IMG/VR virus record: IMGVR_UViG_3300035657_000024
Location: 1-43,688 of that record
Source: a virus
Direction: 5' to 3' (one strand)
DNA: 43,688 bases
The notes under the pieces are model-generated. The model worked only from the letters and a program-made list of their open reading frames with translations. It did not search any database and had not been told where the DNA came from. A program made the position numbers and the translations under genes. Shown piece by piece: positions 32,809 to 43,164 of the stretch. The stretch's first letter is position 1, and every line of letters begins with the position of its first letter.

Positions 32809-33321
32809 GTGGTGAAAGTGGCTGAACCTATCGGGAATGATGCTACCGGCTATGATGTTTTGACGGCGGCAATGAAGTCGCTGCTTAACCATTTTCCGGG
32901 GCTGTATCCGGATGAAGTAATTAAATTCGAAGAGCTCGGGTCTGAGGATGGCATTGCGTTTTCCAATGATTCCGGGGCGCTGGTGTATACAGAAAAAGAA
33001 GATATACTCGGGCGGATATATCAGGAATGCCGGTATCCCTGCTTTGTAGTATACCGTTCGACCACGGGAGCAAGGGAACGACAGAAAATCACTATTCTGG
33101 AATTTCTGGACACGCTGGGGCGCTGGCTTTGCCACGAACCCTCCGGGATTGAAGGGAAAGAGTACGAAAAAGCGGTATACCCGGATTTGACCGCAGGGCG
33201 GAAAATTGAGCGGGTAACACGTGGGAACGCATATGGAACACAGCCGCAGGAGAATGGCGTGCAGGACTGGGTTCTACCGGTTACGGTTTATTATAAAAAT
33301 GTTATCGAACCTGAATTTTAA
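32809..33321 (+). CDS. Tail completion / minor capsid (A118 gp10-like) protein (GTG start)
   Basis: Position before the major tail gene. Confidence 0.5.
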   Translation: MVKVAEPIGNDATGYDVLTAAMKSLLNHFPGLYPDEVIKFEELGSEDGIAFSNDSGALVYTEKEDILGRIYQECRYPCFVVYRSTTGARERQKITILEFLDTLGRWLCHEPSGIEGKEYEKAVYPDLTAGRKIERVTRGNAYGTQPQENGVQDWVLPVTVYYKNVIEPEF

Positions 33322-33336
33322 GAAAGGAAGAAAACG

Positions 33337-33849
33337 ATGAAAAGACATTTGTTGAGACATTTCGTTGATGTAAAAATGGACACGTCCGCTGAGGGGTCAG
33401 CGGCAGACTACCGGCTTCTGGGAACGGGCATTACATCTTTGACAGAGGAGATGAACCCGGAGACTGAAACAGTGCAGTACATCAATCAGGAAAACGGATC
33501 TACTGACCTTAAATCTTATACGCCGTCCATCGAAGTTGAAAGACAGAACGTAGACGAAGAGGACACGGAGCTCACGGACTGGTTTAACAAGATGATCGAC
33601 ACGCTGCCCGTCGGAGCTGACGCCATCACATCCTATGTCCGCGTGAGAGTTTCCGGCGCTGGACCCTCATATCCGGCAGTCCGCCGCCGTTGCGTTGTGA
33701 GTGTAGGTGGCACGGGCGGCGATGCAGGGTCAAACGTGACAGATACACTGACTCTTGGCGGCAGAGGTGACGGAGAAGCTGGAACGTTTAACGTAACCAC
33801 AAGAAAATTCACGGCGACGCCCGCGTCTGACAGGGCTTTAACGGAATAA
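33337..33849 (+). CDS. Major tail protein
   Basis: 170 aa, located two genes upstream of the tape measure module. Confidence 0.65.
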   Translation: MKRHLLRHFVDVKMDTSAEGSAADYRLLGTGITSLTEEMNPETETVQYINQENGSTDLKSYTPSIEVERQNVDEEDTELTDWFNKMIDTLPVGADAITSYVRVRVSGAGPSYPAVRRRCVVSVGGTGGDAGSNVTDTLTLGGRGDGEAGTFNVTTRKFTATPASDRALTE

Positions 33850-33859
33850 GGAGGACAAG

Positions 33860-34282
33860 ATGGGAGCAGCAAGTTTACGAGTAGACAGTGGCGTCAAACG
33901 CATTGAGGTCAACGACAACGGCGATTATATTGCGGTCAACATCTCTGACAACAGTTTTTTTAAGCGTTTTGACGATTTTGTGGCATGGCTGAATGCAAAA
34001 AACGAGGAAGCCGATAGGATTGCTAATGATTCTTCCGGTGATTTCACGGAACGCTTCGGAGCGTATGACGCTTTATGCAAAGAGGCCTGCGCTGAGTTGG
34101 ATTCTCTGTTTGGGAGCGGGTGTTGCAAAAAGGTGTTCCCTGACGTGGAATCCCCGGGAATGGAGCTTATCGCGGACTTTTTAGACCAGATCATACCGAT
34201 TCTTCAGGGCTTCGCCACTGAACGAAATCAGAAAATCACAAGCAAATACAGCCCGAACAGGAAAGGGGCGCGAAGCAATTAA
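33860..34282 (+). CDS. Tail assembly chaperone (gpG-like)
   Basis: Acidic 140-aa protein between the major tail and tape measure genes. Confidence 0.6.
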   Translation: MGAASLRVDSGVKRIEVNDNGDYIAVNISDNSFFKRFDDFVAWLNAKNEEADRIANDSSGDFTERFGAYDALCKEACAELDSLFGSGCCKKVFPDVESPGMELIADFLDQIIPILQGFATERNQKITSKYSPNRKGARSN

Positions 34283-34870
34283 ATGTGGAATGTGCTGCTT
34301 GATAAATTCCCAACAGAATATGAGGGTTTCCGCATAGACGAAGCCTTCCAGACAGGGATCCAGATTTCACAGGCTTTGCAAGATCCGGACCTGTCAGACG
34401 ATGAAAGGTTGGCTGTAGCGCTGGGGCTGCTGTATCCGTCAGAGGATGGGGACGGCAGCCCTTCTTCTTTACCCGATTTAAAAACTGCCGTGGATGGCCT
34501 TAGGTGGTTTCTGAGCGGGTGGTATACCGACAACCGCCCGAAGGATGAGGACAAAGTTCCGGTAACAGATTTTGACATAGACCAGTGGCGCATCTATTCA
34601 GCATTTCTGGAGAAGTACGGAATCGACCTGAACCGGTCTGACATGCACTACTGGGCGTTCATGGGACTGCTGTCCACGCTCGGTGAATGCGCATACACGA
34701 ACGTCATAGCCATCCGGCAGCAGAAAATAGACCCTAAGATGGACACGCGTGCAAAACAGGCATTGCAGGAGCAGAAACAAATATTTGCAATAGAGCGGGA
34801 AGAGGAACTGACAGAAGAGGAACAGGAAGACGTTGACGCTTTTATGAAATGGATCAAGGTAGGAGGCTGA
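34283..34870 (+). CDS. Bacteriophage Gp15 family protein (second tail chaperone)
   Basis: MWNVLLDKFPTEYEGFRIDEAFQTGIQISQAL... resembles the Listeria A118 Gp15 family. Confidence 0.65.
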   Translation: MWNVLLDKFPTEYEGFRIDEAFQTGIQISQALQDPDLSDDERLAVALGLLYPSEDGDGSPSSLPDLKTAVDGLRWFLSGWYTDNRPKDEDKVPVTDFDIDQWRIYSAFLEKYGIDLNRSDMHYWAFMGLLSTLGECAYTNVIAIRQQKIDPKMDTRAKQALQEQKQIFAIEREEELTEEEQEDVDAFMKWIKVGG

Positions 34871-34871
34871 T

Positions 34872-37800
34872 ATGCCGAAATATGACGGTTCGATACGGAT
34901 AAACACAAAAATTGAAACAAAAGATTTAAACAGCCAGATGATGCGCGTGTCTAATGCCATAAAAAAAGACAGCGCGGCTTTAGATTCTCTCAATCGCAAA
35001 ATGGAAGAATTTTCGCAAAAGAAAATCCCGACAGAAAAATTTGCAGAATTACAAAGAGAGTTAGAAAAGGCAGAATCCGAGTATTCAAAACTGCAGGCCC
35101 GTATGTCACAAAAGGGGGCGGCAACGTCTGAGTATAAAGCTTTACAGAAAGACCTCGTTGCGGCGCAAGGAGAGCTGTCTAAGCTTGTAGCACGTCAGAC
35201 AGACTGGGAAAACATGGGGGTACCTCAAACCGGCGGCGCATGGGACGTACTAAATGAACAGGTTGCAGCCGCATCCGACCGTGTAGATGATCTGAAAGAA
35301 AAGCTTCAGCAGATGGAGAACAGTGGAAAGGCGTATACCCCGAAGGTGGACAAGGCTCAACTGGATGAAGCGGCTCAAAAAGTAGATGAAATCAAGGCAA
35401 AAATAAACGCGGAGAAAGCATCCGGTAACGCGTTTGTATCCCCAAAAGATACAGAAGAATTTCAGAAGATGTCTGTAAAGGCGTCACAGCTTGCTGGGAA
35501 CATAGATGTTTCAAAGCGCAGGCTGGCAGAACTTAACGCGAAGCAGAAGCCCATCAAAAAAGAATTTGACCGGATGAAGAATTCTGCCGATAAAGCATTT
35601 AAAACAGCCTCGTCCGGCGCGAAAAAAATCGCGGGGCTGTTCAGCGCCCTTGCGTCAAGGCTAAAAGGAATCGCATTCTCATCAAAGAAAAGTGCAGGGA
35701 TGTTCAGCACATTTGCGTCAAGGTTGAAAGGTATCGCGTTATCGCTTTTGGTATTTAACTGGATAACAAAAGCATTTAATGCGATGGTGTCCGGAATGCA
35801 AAAGGGATTCTCAAACCTTGCAAAATATTCTGAGCCGTTGGCAAATTCATTTCAGACGCTAAAAAATTCCCTGGTTACGCTTGGAAATGCGCTTGCAGCT
35901 GCCTTTGCACCGATTGTCCAGATAGCAATTCCGTATCTAAATGCGCTTATAAACGGGATAACGCGGGCGATAACATACGTGGCGCAGCTTATTGCCATCC
36001 TCGGCGGGAAAAGCACATTCATCCGAGCGAAAAAGATACAGGATTCCTATAACGATTCCCTGAATGGAACAGCAGAGGCGGCAAAAAAGGCGGCCGGAGC
36101 TTTGGCAAAATTTGATGACCTGGATGTGCTGCAAAAGCAGAACAATTCCGGCGGCGGTGGAGGTGCGGGTGCTGATGGAGGATTTGAAGAAGTACCAATA
36201 GATAATAAATGGTTGAAAATAGCCGATTGGTTAAAAGAAATGTGGGAAAACAGTGACTTCTATGAGCTTGGTAAGTTCTTGGGGGAAAAGCTGAAAGAAG
36301 CTCTGGATAATATCCCGTGGGATGATATCAAAGAATCTGCTCGGAGAATTGCTCACAGTATAGCAACATTTATCAACGGATTTATTGAGGTTGAAGGTCT
36401 TGGATACTCGATTGGTACAACGCTTGCACAGGCTATCAACACCGCATTTGAGTTCTTGAATGAATTTGTGCATACAATTCACTGGGATTCGATAGGTGCT
36501 TTTATTGCAGATACCTTGAATGGTTTTTTTGAAAGCATTGATTGGGATGTTATTTATGACACCTTTGTGACAGGAGCTAAAGGGCTGGCAGATGCGATCA
36601 ATTCGTTTACAGATTGGTTTAACTGGGACAATGTTTCAAATACAATATCTAATTTAGTCAATACGTTTGTCGATACCGTGTACACATTTTTTTCAACCGC
36701 AGACTGGGAGGCTATTGGGGCCAATATAGGTCAACAGATTTCCAAAACTGTAAAAAATATTGACTGGAAAGCGGCAGGCGAGGCGTTTTCAAAAGTAGCT
36801 ACATCTATTCTCAAAATGATAAAGGCGGGATTGGAAGAAATCGAATGGGATGAAGTTGGTATTGCAATCCGCGACTTTTTGGTAGGAATTGATTGGGCAA
36901 CGCTTTTGAAGGATGTGGGCGACATCATTTCAGAGACACTGAACGGCTTGATTCATACAGCATATGCAGCTCTTGGCGGAAATGATGAAGAGTTTACAAA
37001 ATGGCAGGAAAACAATCGAAAAGCTCGTGATGAAGCTGGAAAGACTTATGAGGAATTAGGGACAAAGGCAGAAGAATACTTGACCCGTCAGAGGAAAATA
37101 ACAGATCCGTCAACATGGGATATTACTATAGTAGCTAGAAAAATGGCTCAAATTGCATCTGAAGCATTTGACGGTATGATGGAATCCCTTTCTAATTTCT
37201 GTGAAGCTGCTGGCACATTCTTGGGCGAAAAATTTACAGAAATCACAGAAAATGCCTCGTTAAAGTGGAGCGAGTTTAAGATATGGTGGGATGAGTTTTG
37301 GACAGAAATTTTGGAAAATATATTGCCGGTGTGGGAAAATATCAAATTATTTTTCGCGGAAACCTGGGAATCCATCAAAGAGACTGCAGGGGTAATTTGG
37401 ACACCGATCAAAGAATTTTTCCTTGAAATCTGGGGAGAAATCCGTGATAAAGCGGTGGAGATTTGGGAAAAAGTAAGAAGCACATTTGAAGAAAAGATGA
37501 ACAAAGTCAAGGAAAAATCGACGGAGATTATCAAGAAATTTGATGACTTCAAAACGAGTGTAAAAACAGTTTTTGAAGCTGTGAAATCCAAAGTCGAAGA
37601 AACTATCAAGCCGGTTATTGATTTGATTCAGAATTTTACAGATAAAATTCGTGCTGCAATCTCGGCGGTTAAAGACTTTTTTGCAAGTGGATTTGAAAAA
37701 GTGGGGGAGATATTCGGCGGAATATTTACTGGTGGAGGATCATCGCATACGCGAACAATGTCCACGCAGCCGTATGCCATAAACGAAAGCTTTGCATCTC

Positions 37801-38087
37801 GTACCCTGCGGGATATCCCGGCGCTTGCATCTGGCTCGGTAATCCGTGGCGGCAACCCGTTCCTGGCGATTCTGGGCGACCAGCGGGCAGGGCAGACCAA
37901 CATCGAAGCGCCGATAGGCACAATCAAACAAGCTGTATCGGAGGTAATGGCAGAGAGCGGCGGCGGATTTAGAACGGCGAAAATTGTCTTGCAGGTAAAC
38001 GGGGTAGATCTGGCGCAAGCTACACTGCAGGATTTCTTATCGGAAGCAAGCAGGCAAGGATATGATCTGGAGGTGATCGGAGGATGA
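34872..38087 (+). CDS. Tape measure protein (1071 aa)
   Basis: Size, coiled-coil N-terminus, hydrophobic middle, periodic (I/V)DW repeats. Confidence 0.9.
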   Translation: MPKYDGSIRINTKIETKDLNSQMMRVSNAIKKDSAALDSLNRKMEEFSQKKIPTEKFAELQRELEKAESEYSKLQARMSQKGAATSEYKALQKDLVAAQGELSKLVARQTDWENMGVPQTGGAWDVLNEQVAAASDRVDDLKEKLQQMENSGKAYTPKVDKAQLDEAAQKVDEIKAKINAEKASGNAFVSPKDTEEFQKMSVKASQLAGNIDVSKRRLAELNAKQKPIKKEFDRMKNSADKAFKTASSGAKKIAGLFSALASRLKGIAFSSKKSAGMFSTFASRLKGIALSLLVFNWITKAFNAMVSGMQKGFSNLAKYSEPLANSFQTLKNSLVTLGNALAAAFAPIVQIAIPYLNALINGITRAITYVAQLIAILGGKSTFIRAKKIQDSYNDSLNGTAEAAKKAAGALAKFDDLDVLQKQNNSGGGGGAGADGGFEEVPIDNKWLKIADWLKEMWENSDFYELGKFLGEKLKEALDNIPWDDIKESARRIAHSIATFINGFIEVEGLGYSIGTTLAQAINTAFEFLNEFVHTIHWDSIGAFIADTLNGFFESIDWDVIYDTFVTGAKGLADAINSFTDWFNWDNVSNTISNLVNTFVDTVYTFFSTADWEAIGANIGQQISKTVKNIDWKAAGEAFSKVATSILKMIKAGLEEIEWDEVGIAIRDFLVGIDWATLLKDVGDIISETLNGLIHTAYAALGGNDEEFTKWQENNRKARDEAGKTYEELGTKAEEYLTRQRKITDPSTWDITIVARKMAQIASEAFDGMMESLSNFCEAAGTFLGEKFTEITENASLKWSEFKIWWDEFWTEILENILPVWENIKLFFAETWESIKETAGVIWTPIKEFFLEIWGEIRDKAVEIWEKVRSTFEEKMNKVKEKSTEIIKKFDDFKTSVKTVFEAVKSKVEETIKPVIDLIQNFTDKIRAAISAVKDFFASGFEKVGEIFGGIFTGGGSSHTRTMSTQPYAINESFASRTLRDIPALASGSVIRGGNPFLAILGDQRAGQTNIEAPIGTIKQAVSEVMAESGGGFRTAKIVLQVNGVDLAQATLQDFLSEASRQGYDLEVIGG

Positions 38088-38476
38088 TTTTTACACGCGG
38101 CATATACATAGATGGGGAGTATTTTAACATCCCCATCGTGTCCATAAAAAGAAACGCGGATTTCCTCGACAAATTCGCCGAAAGAGTTGAAACGGGAGAG
38201 CTCCAGCGTGAATTGATAGGCGTGTATTTTAACTACACAATGTCGGTCGGGAAGAGCAGCTCGTTCCCGGATGGCGTATATAAACGTTTCTGGGATAAGG
38301 TTACAGAGCCCGTCCCATTCCATATTATTTCGCTGCCGTCAGATCCTGGTTATTACGAATACACAGCTTATATATCCAGCGTCTCTGATGAATACGAGAA
38401 GATAACACAGGATAGCGCTGATTATAAAGGGTTTACCTGCAAGTTTACGGCGAAAGAACCGGCAAGGAGACCATGA
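38084..38476 (+). CDS. Tail protein (possible short distal tail protein)
   Basis: Immediately after the tape measure, with overlapping start. Confidence 0.45.
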   Translation: MIFTRGIYIDGEYFNIPIVSIKRNADFLDKFAERVETGELQRELIGVYFNYTMSVGKSSSFPDGVYKRFWDKVTEPVPFHIISLPSDPGYYEYTAYISSVSDEYEKITQDSADYKGFTCKFTAKEPARRP

Positions 38477-40197
38477 TGAAAACAGAATTTTATGTCGAAT
38501 ACAATCTGTATGACACGACTGCTCTGCCTGATGCAAAAGAAAGCACAGAGAGCAATGCTGCTTTTGGGGATATGGGGCTGTTTAAGTCAAAAGGCAGCCC
38601 ACCAAAATACGCTACACTGGAACATAATTTTTTCGTGTTGGATGGGAGTCTTAGCGAAATGCCAGACACGCCGACGGACATCCCATTTTTTTCGGATGTG
38701 CAAGCGGGCGCAGATGGAATTTTCACAAAACAGCCTGTAATCAGAATAGATTTTACCGAAAATCATACCTCTATCGGGCTGACTTTTCATTTTTCGGAAA
38801 CATTCCCGCTGGAGATGGAAGTGACATGGTACGACCTCGGCGGTACATATAAATCGCAAAAACGTTTCTTTCCGGACAAACTGAATTATTTTGCCGAAAA
38901 CCAGGTGGAGGAATACGGACGCATTGAAATCCGATTTGTACGTGCCCTACCGTGGCACAATGTAAAGTTAAACTATCTCGAGTATGGCACAACGTTTATC
39001 TGTGGCCCCGATGTCATAAAAAGCGCGAAGCTTGTAAATGACACAGATCCTATCAGTAATCAGATTAAAACGGACAAACTCACGTTTGACTTTGTTGACA
39101 CTGATGATGATTTTAATGTTGGAAACATTAACGGGTTGCACAAAACATTGCAGAAAAAGCAAAGAATGTTGCCATACGAAATCGTTGACGGCGTGAAGAT
39201 GCCGCTGGGCGTGTTTTTTATGGAATCCAACAGTACCACCAAAAATGTCACCCAAATATCGGCGATCGACTACAAAGGGATGCTTGCTAATGTGGATTTT
39301 AAAGACGGGCGGATATATGTCGGAGAAACGGCGGGAAGTGTAATCGCGGAGATTATGACAGCAGCAGGGATTGAAGATTATACAGTAGAGGAAGAAGTGG
39401 CACAAACCCCTCTATATGGCACGCTTAAAATCCAGACCTGTCAAAAAGCTCTGCGGGAGGTCTTGTTCGCTTGCTCGGCGATTATGAACACATCACGGAG
39501 GTCGGGCGTTGAAATACGGAAATCAACGAGAAGAATATCTGCAACGATTCCTCGCAGTCGGAAATTTTCCACGACATTAAAAGTCGACCCTTATGTATCA
39601 GATGTGAACGTAAAATATAAAACATGGGTGTTGGAGACAGCAGAAAGTGAGATTACAAAAGGCACATACGAGCCGGGGATACATATAATCCAGCTTACGA
39701 GCCCGGCGGTGAACATGGTCGCATCAGCAGGCAGGATAGTTAAACAAATGCCGTATTATGTTGTGCTTGAAATCGCGGGAAGCGCCCGTACGGAGGTTGC
39801 AATCACGGGGCGCAAATATGTTGGCACAGAGCTGGCTACACTGTCCAGAATCGAGCATATAAAGTCCGGCGAGGTGCGGAACACAAAAACATTTACAGGA
39901 ACGCTTTTGAATTATGAAAGTGCCAAGAAGGTTGCAGATAATATACTTGATTATTATCAGCTTCAGCAGATTATTCAGACGCGTCATTTGTCCGCCGAGG
40001 AAAAAGCGGGGGACTGGGCGGAAGTCGAAAATACCTTGCAAATGCATGGTAATTTTGTCGCCTGTATAGAATCCCTCAGCATTGACCTCACGGGTGGATT
40101 TGTGGGTACGGCAAAGTACAGAGGATATTATAAAATAACATCAGAAGATTATTATTCTGGCGAGTTGTATGCTGATGAGGAGGTGGGAATCACCTAA
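38473..40197 (+). CDS. Tail-associated / baseplate protein (574 aa)
   Basis: Position after the Dit-like gene. Confidence 0.55.
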   Translation: MMKTEFYVEYNLYDTTALPDAKESTESNAAFGDMGLFKSKGSPPKYATLEHNFFVLDGSLSEMPDTPTDIPFFSDVQAGADGIFTKQPVIRIDFTENHTSIGLTFHFSETFPLEMEVTWYDLGGTYKSQKRFFPDKLNYFAENQVEEYGRIEIRFVRALPWHNVKLNYLEYGTTFICGPDVIKSAKLVNDTDPISNQIKTDKLTFDFVDTDDDFNVGNINGLHKTLQKKQRMLPYEIVDGVKMPLGVFFMESNSTTKNVTQISAIDYKGMLANVDFKDGRIYVGETAGSVIAEIMTAAGIEDYTVEEEVAQTPLYGTLKIQTCQKALREVLFACSAIMNTSRRSGVEIRKSTRRISATIPRSRKFSTTLKVDPYVSDVNVKYKTWVLETAESEITKGTYEPGIHIIQLTSPAVNMVASAGRIVKQMPYYVVLEIAGSARTEVAITGRKYVGTELATLSRIEHIKSGEVRNTKTFTGTLLNYESAKKVADNILDYYQLQQIIQTRHLSAEEKAGDWAEVENTLQMHGNFVACIESLSIDLTGGFVGTAKYRGYYKITSEDYYSGELYADEEVGIT

Positions 40198-40658
40198 TGG
40201 AATGGGTATATGACCGGACACAGGAGGATGTGGAGCGGGCAAAACTACTTACGCAAAAATATGCTGCGGGGACGATCACGGAAACGGAGAAAAAAGAATG
40301 GGCTGCAGGAATGAAAGGCGCGCTGAATGCCTCAGACCTGAACAGGATTGAAGGGAATATCCGGGAAATCGCTGGAATTTTAGCGATAACTGTAACAACG
40401 AAAACGTGGGAAAAGAATCAAATCCCACGAGTAAGTGATTTTAAAAGAATCCGTGATAATGTACAACGCATCCGGGACGCATGGAGTACCTTGAAAGATA
40501 CCCCAGTTACGCCAGATACGCCGCTGGTTACTTATCAAAAATGGAATGCCATAGAGCGGATTTTACACGATGTCAAATATGTATATGACCGCGTCATGGA
40601 CAGTTATTATTATTGCGGCGATGAAATCTACGCCGGGGAAGGAATAGGGATTTTATAA
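40197..40658 (+). CDS. Tail fibre-associated protein
   Basis: ...DRTQEDVERAK...KGALNASDLNRIEGNIREI... motif common in Clostridia phage fibre modules (from recall). Confidence 0.5.
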   Translation: MEWVYDRTQEDVERAKLLTQKYAAGTITETEKKEWAAGMKGALNASDLNRIEGNIREIAGILAITVTTKTWEKNQIPRVSDFKRIRDNVQRIRDAWSTLKDTPVTPDTPLVTYQKWNAIERILHDVKYVYDRVMDSYYYCGDEIYAGEGIGIL

Positions 40659-41296
40659 TGGCAGAGACATGGTTTACGCCAAAAGAGTGGAAAGCCCGCC
40701 TTGTGGAATTTGCAGGACGGCGGTTGCTGAGAAATGTTGCAAACGGAGAAACTGTAACATATGACGTATCCCGTAGCGAGGGGCAGGTTTCGCAGGAGGG
40801 CGATGCGTTTAACACTAAAAATATGAACGACCTTGAACAGCGAATCTCGAACGGATTTGCGAATGCAAAGACAAATCTTGATTTACTAAATAGTGATTTG
40901 GGTGGTCTATCTTTTGGTCAGGATGCAGACGGCAACTGGGGATACAAGATTGGAGGTGCGGATACAGTAATCCCTTTTAAGGGTGAGCTGGACTTCGACT
41001 ACGAACACAACATATCAATTCCATATATTGTTGCGGCCGGTAATCCAAATGTTCTTCATTACTACACCATGACGGAAAGGGATGCTGAATATTCCTACTT
41101 AGCATTATTTGTAGTTACTTCAGCTAGCGTTGTTTCCATAGAATTGAGCGGTGTTAGTGGGCCATCGTTCGTGTGTAACAAACCAGGCGGATCTTATTCT
41201 TTTGCCATGATTAAAGATCCGATTTTAAACGGGAAAGTTAATTTTAGACACGGAGGAACAGGAGACGGACATGTTTTTAAGCTTATGATTAAGTAA
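40658..41296 (+). CDS. Tail fibre / receptor-binding protein
   Basis: ...SRSEGQVSQEGDAFNTKNMNDLEQRI... N-terminal fibre motif. AT-rich C-terminal half. Confidence 0.55.
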   Translation: MAETWFTPKEWKARLVEFAGRRLLRNVANGETVTYDVSRSEGQVSQEGDAFNTKNMNDLEQRISNGFANAKTNLDLLNSDLGGLSFGQDADGNWGYKIGGADTVIPFKGELDFDYEHNISIPYIVAAGNPNVLHYYTMTERDAEYSYLALFVVTSASVVSIELSGVSGPSFVCNKPGGSYSFAMIKDPILNGKVNFRHGGTGDGHVFKLMIK

Positions 41297-41422
41297 TATT
41301 AGCTATACCATACTCGCACAATCGCAATGGGGGGATAAAACGGGTGGACTAATTACATTAAAATATTAACTTTTGCAATTTTTAGCAAAAATCTAAAACA
41401 CTAACAGAAAAGAGGTAAAAGC

Positions 41423-41860
41423 ATGAAAAAAATCGTGTTTAAATCTGGCAAAGAACTGGAGATTGATGGAATTACCCAAAGCGGGAAATTCTTGCAAATC
41501 TCTATAAAAAGCAGCGATGTAAAAAGCATAATTGACATGTTTTCGAACGCTGAGAATACGGCTGTGATGCGATATTATGTTGGGACTGACCTGATATGCG
41601 GATATGCTGGGTTCAAAAAATTCGTGAGTTTGGAATATACGCCTGACGTGATAGCATCCATCAATTACGAGCAGGAGGACGCAACCACAGAAAGCGGGTT
41701 TGTGGAATCCCATGTGGCTGTATGTACGGTGCATATGGAAAAAACTGAAGAAGCAGGGCTGCCGGAGGGACTGACTGATAAAGTCGCAAAACTGGAAAAC
41801 GATGTGTCCAGCATCACGTCCGGCATCAACGAAGTTAACGGAATCTTGGAGGGCGAATGA
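41423..41860 (+). CDS. Hypothetical protein
   Basis: SD aaagaggt. Confidence 0.55.
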   Translation: MKKIVFKSGKELEIDGITQSGKFLQISIKSSDVKSIIDMFSNAENTAVMRYYVGTDLICGYAGFKKFVSLEYTPDVIASINYEQEDATTESGFVESHVAVCTVHMEKTEEAGLPEGLTDKVAKLENDVSSITSGINEVNGILEGE

Positions 41861-41861
41861 T

Positions 41862-42296
41862 ATGTTTACGGAAAAAGCGAAAGAAAATCTCCTGGCAATG
41901 CTAGAGCAGGCTAAATTCAGCGCTGCGGACAACACGGATGCACAAGCTTTACGCGTGCCGTCATTGTACCCTGAATGGGAAGCGCTGGAGGCCGGAACAC
42001 ATCTGACAAAAGGGCTGCGGTGCACTTATAATAAAGTGCTGTACAATGTCCTGTCTGACCACGATAAACAGGAGCAGTGGACTCCGGAGGCGGCACCGTC
42101 CCTGTTCGCAAAAGTTCTTATCCCAGACCCAAACGTAACGCCGGACTGGGAGCAGCCGGGAAGCACAAACGGATATAAAAAAGGCGATAAGGTAAAACAC
42201 AACAGTAAGGTCTGGGAATCGCTTGTCGATAACAATGTATGGGAGCCTGGAGCTGTAGGAACAGATAGTGTATGGAAAGAAGTACAGGAAGGATAA
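41862..42296 (+). CDS. Protein with a CBM5/12-like carbohydrate-binding C-terminus
   Basis: ...YKKGDKVKHNSKVWESLVDNNVWEPGAVGTDSVWKEV. Confidence 0.5.
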   Translation: MFTEKAKENLLAMLEQAKFSAADNTDAQALRVPSLYPEWEALEAGTHLTKGLRCTYNKVLYNVLSDHDKQEQWTPEAAPSLFAKVLIPDPNVTPDWEQPGSTNGYKKGDKVKHNSKVWESLVDNNVWEPGAVGTDSVWKEVQEG

Positions 42297-42379
42297 GGTG
42301 ATCCGATTATCTCCCGCGCAGGGTTAAGCGTGATTCTTGGGCGGCTTCTGTCGCCCTGTATCATATGGAGGTGTTTTTT

Positions 42380-43156
42380 ATGTGGAAAGGAATTGACGTT
42401 TCGGATAATCAAGGCGTGATAGACTGGGAACAGGTTGCAGCGTCAAAAGTTGCATTCGCAATCTTGCGCAGTGTGCGCCGATCGGGCAAGGAAGATCATC
42501 AGTTTGCTGCAAATCTGGAAGGCTGCCGAAAGCACAATATATCATTGTCTGTATATAAGTACACCTACGCAGCCACGCCGGAAACGGCGCGTGGAGAAGC
42601 TCAGCAGGTCGTAGAATTATTACAGTCTCACGGGCTTACCGGAACAATGGTCTGGTGGGATGTAGAGGACAAAGATGTGTTGCATCCGTTGGGCATTAAA
42701 AAACTGACAAAGTGCATCAGAGCGGCACAGGAAGTCATCACAACGGCAGGGTACGGGTTTGGGCTATATATCGGGCTGTATGTTTATAAGAAGCGCTGGC
42801 TTGACTTTGACGCGTTTGCTGGGACACGGCTGTGGGTGGCTCGATACTACAAAGGTTATCGAACGATGCAGTTTGATGACGAGCCGGATCAGGAATACAA
42901 GCCCGATGTTGACGGAAACATATCTGGATGGCAGTACACGAGCTGTGGGGAGATCCCAGGTATCAAGGGGGATGTAGATCTTGATATCGCATATGATGAT
43001 CCTGCGGAATGGACGCATCCTGCAGCGGAGCCGGGAGTGATTTACACAGTATCCGTAGCTGATGTATGGACACGCGAGCAGGCAGAGGTTATCCGGCAGC
43101 AGTTTGCGGCGATGGGAATTAATGGGATTATCCATAAGGTTAAGATCTTGGAATAA
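42380..43156 (+). CDS. Endolysin: GH25 muramidase with a SPOR-like C-terminal domain
   Basis: KGIDVSDNQGVIDWEQVAA...AILR..., WWDVED, C-terminal IYTVSVADVWTREQAEVIRQQFAAMGINGIIHKV. Confidence 0.88.
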   Translation: MWKGIDVSDNQGVIDWEQVAASKVAFAILRSVRRSGKEDHQFAANLEGCRKHNISLSVYKYTYAATPETARGEAQQVVELLQSHGLTGTMVWWDVEDKDVLHPLGIKKLTKCIRAAQEVITTAGYGFGLYIGLYVYKKRWLDFDAFAGTRLWVARYYKGYRTMQFDDEPDQEYKPDVDGNISGWQYTSCGEIPGIKGDVDLDIAYDDPAEWTHPAAEPGVIYTVSVADVWTREQAEVIRQQFAAMGINGIIHKVKILE

Positions 43157-43164
43157 AGATATAG

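Noticed and set aside
33860-34870. Canonical G/GT -1 frameshift between the two tail chaperone genes
   Set aside because: The two ORFs are in the same frame, separated only by a TAA followed directly by ATG (34280..34285). No slippery heptamer is visible near the junction. Gp15-family genes are normally translated independently. Stop-codon readthrough remains formally possible, but nothing supports it.
35630-35740. Internal duplication in the tape measure (GLFSALASRLKGIA / GMFSTFASRLKGIA) and periodic DW repeats
   Set aside because: Internal repeats and periodic aromatic residues are ordinary features of tape measure proteins and are not a separate element.
37628-38323. 231-aa minus-strand ORF over the tape-measure 3' end
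   Set aside because: It is antisense to the tape measure and the next tail gene, in an operon that is otherwise strictly + strand.
41393-42025. 210-aa minus-strand ORF
   Set aside because: It is antisense to 41423..41860 and 41862..42296, which have SDs and coupled start and stop codons.
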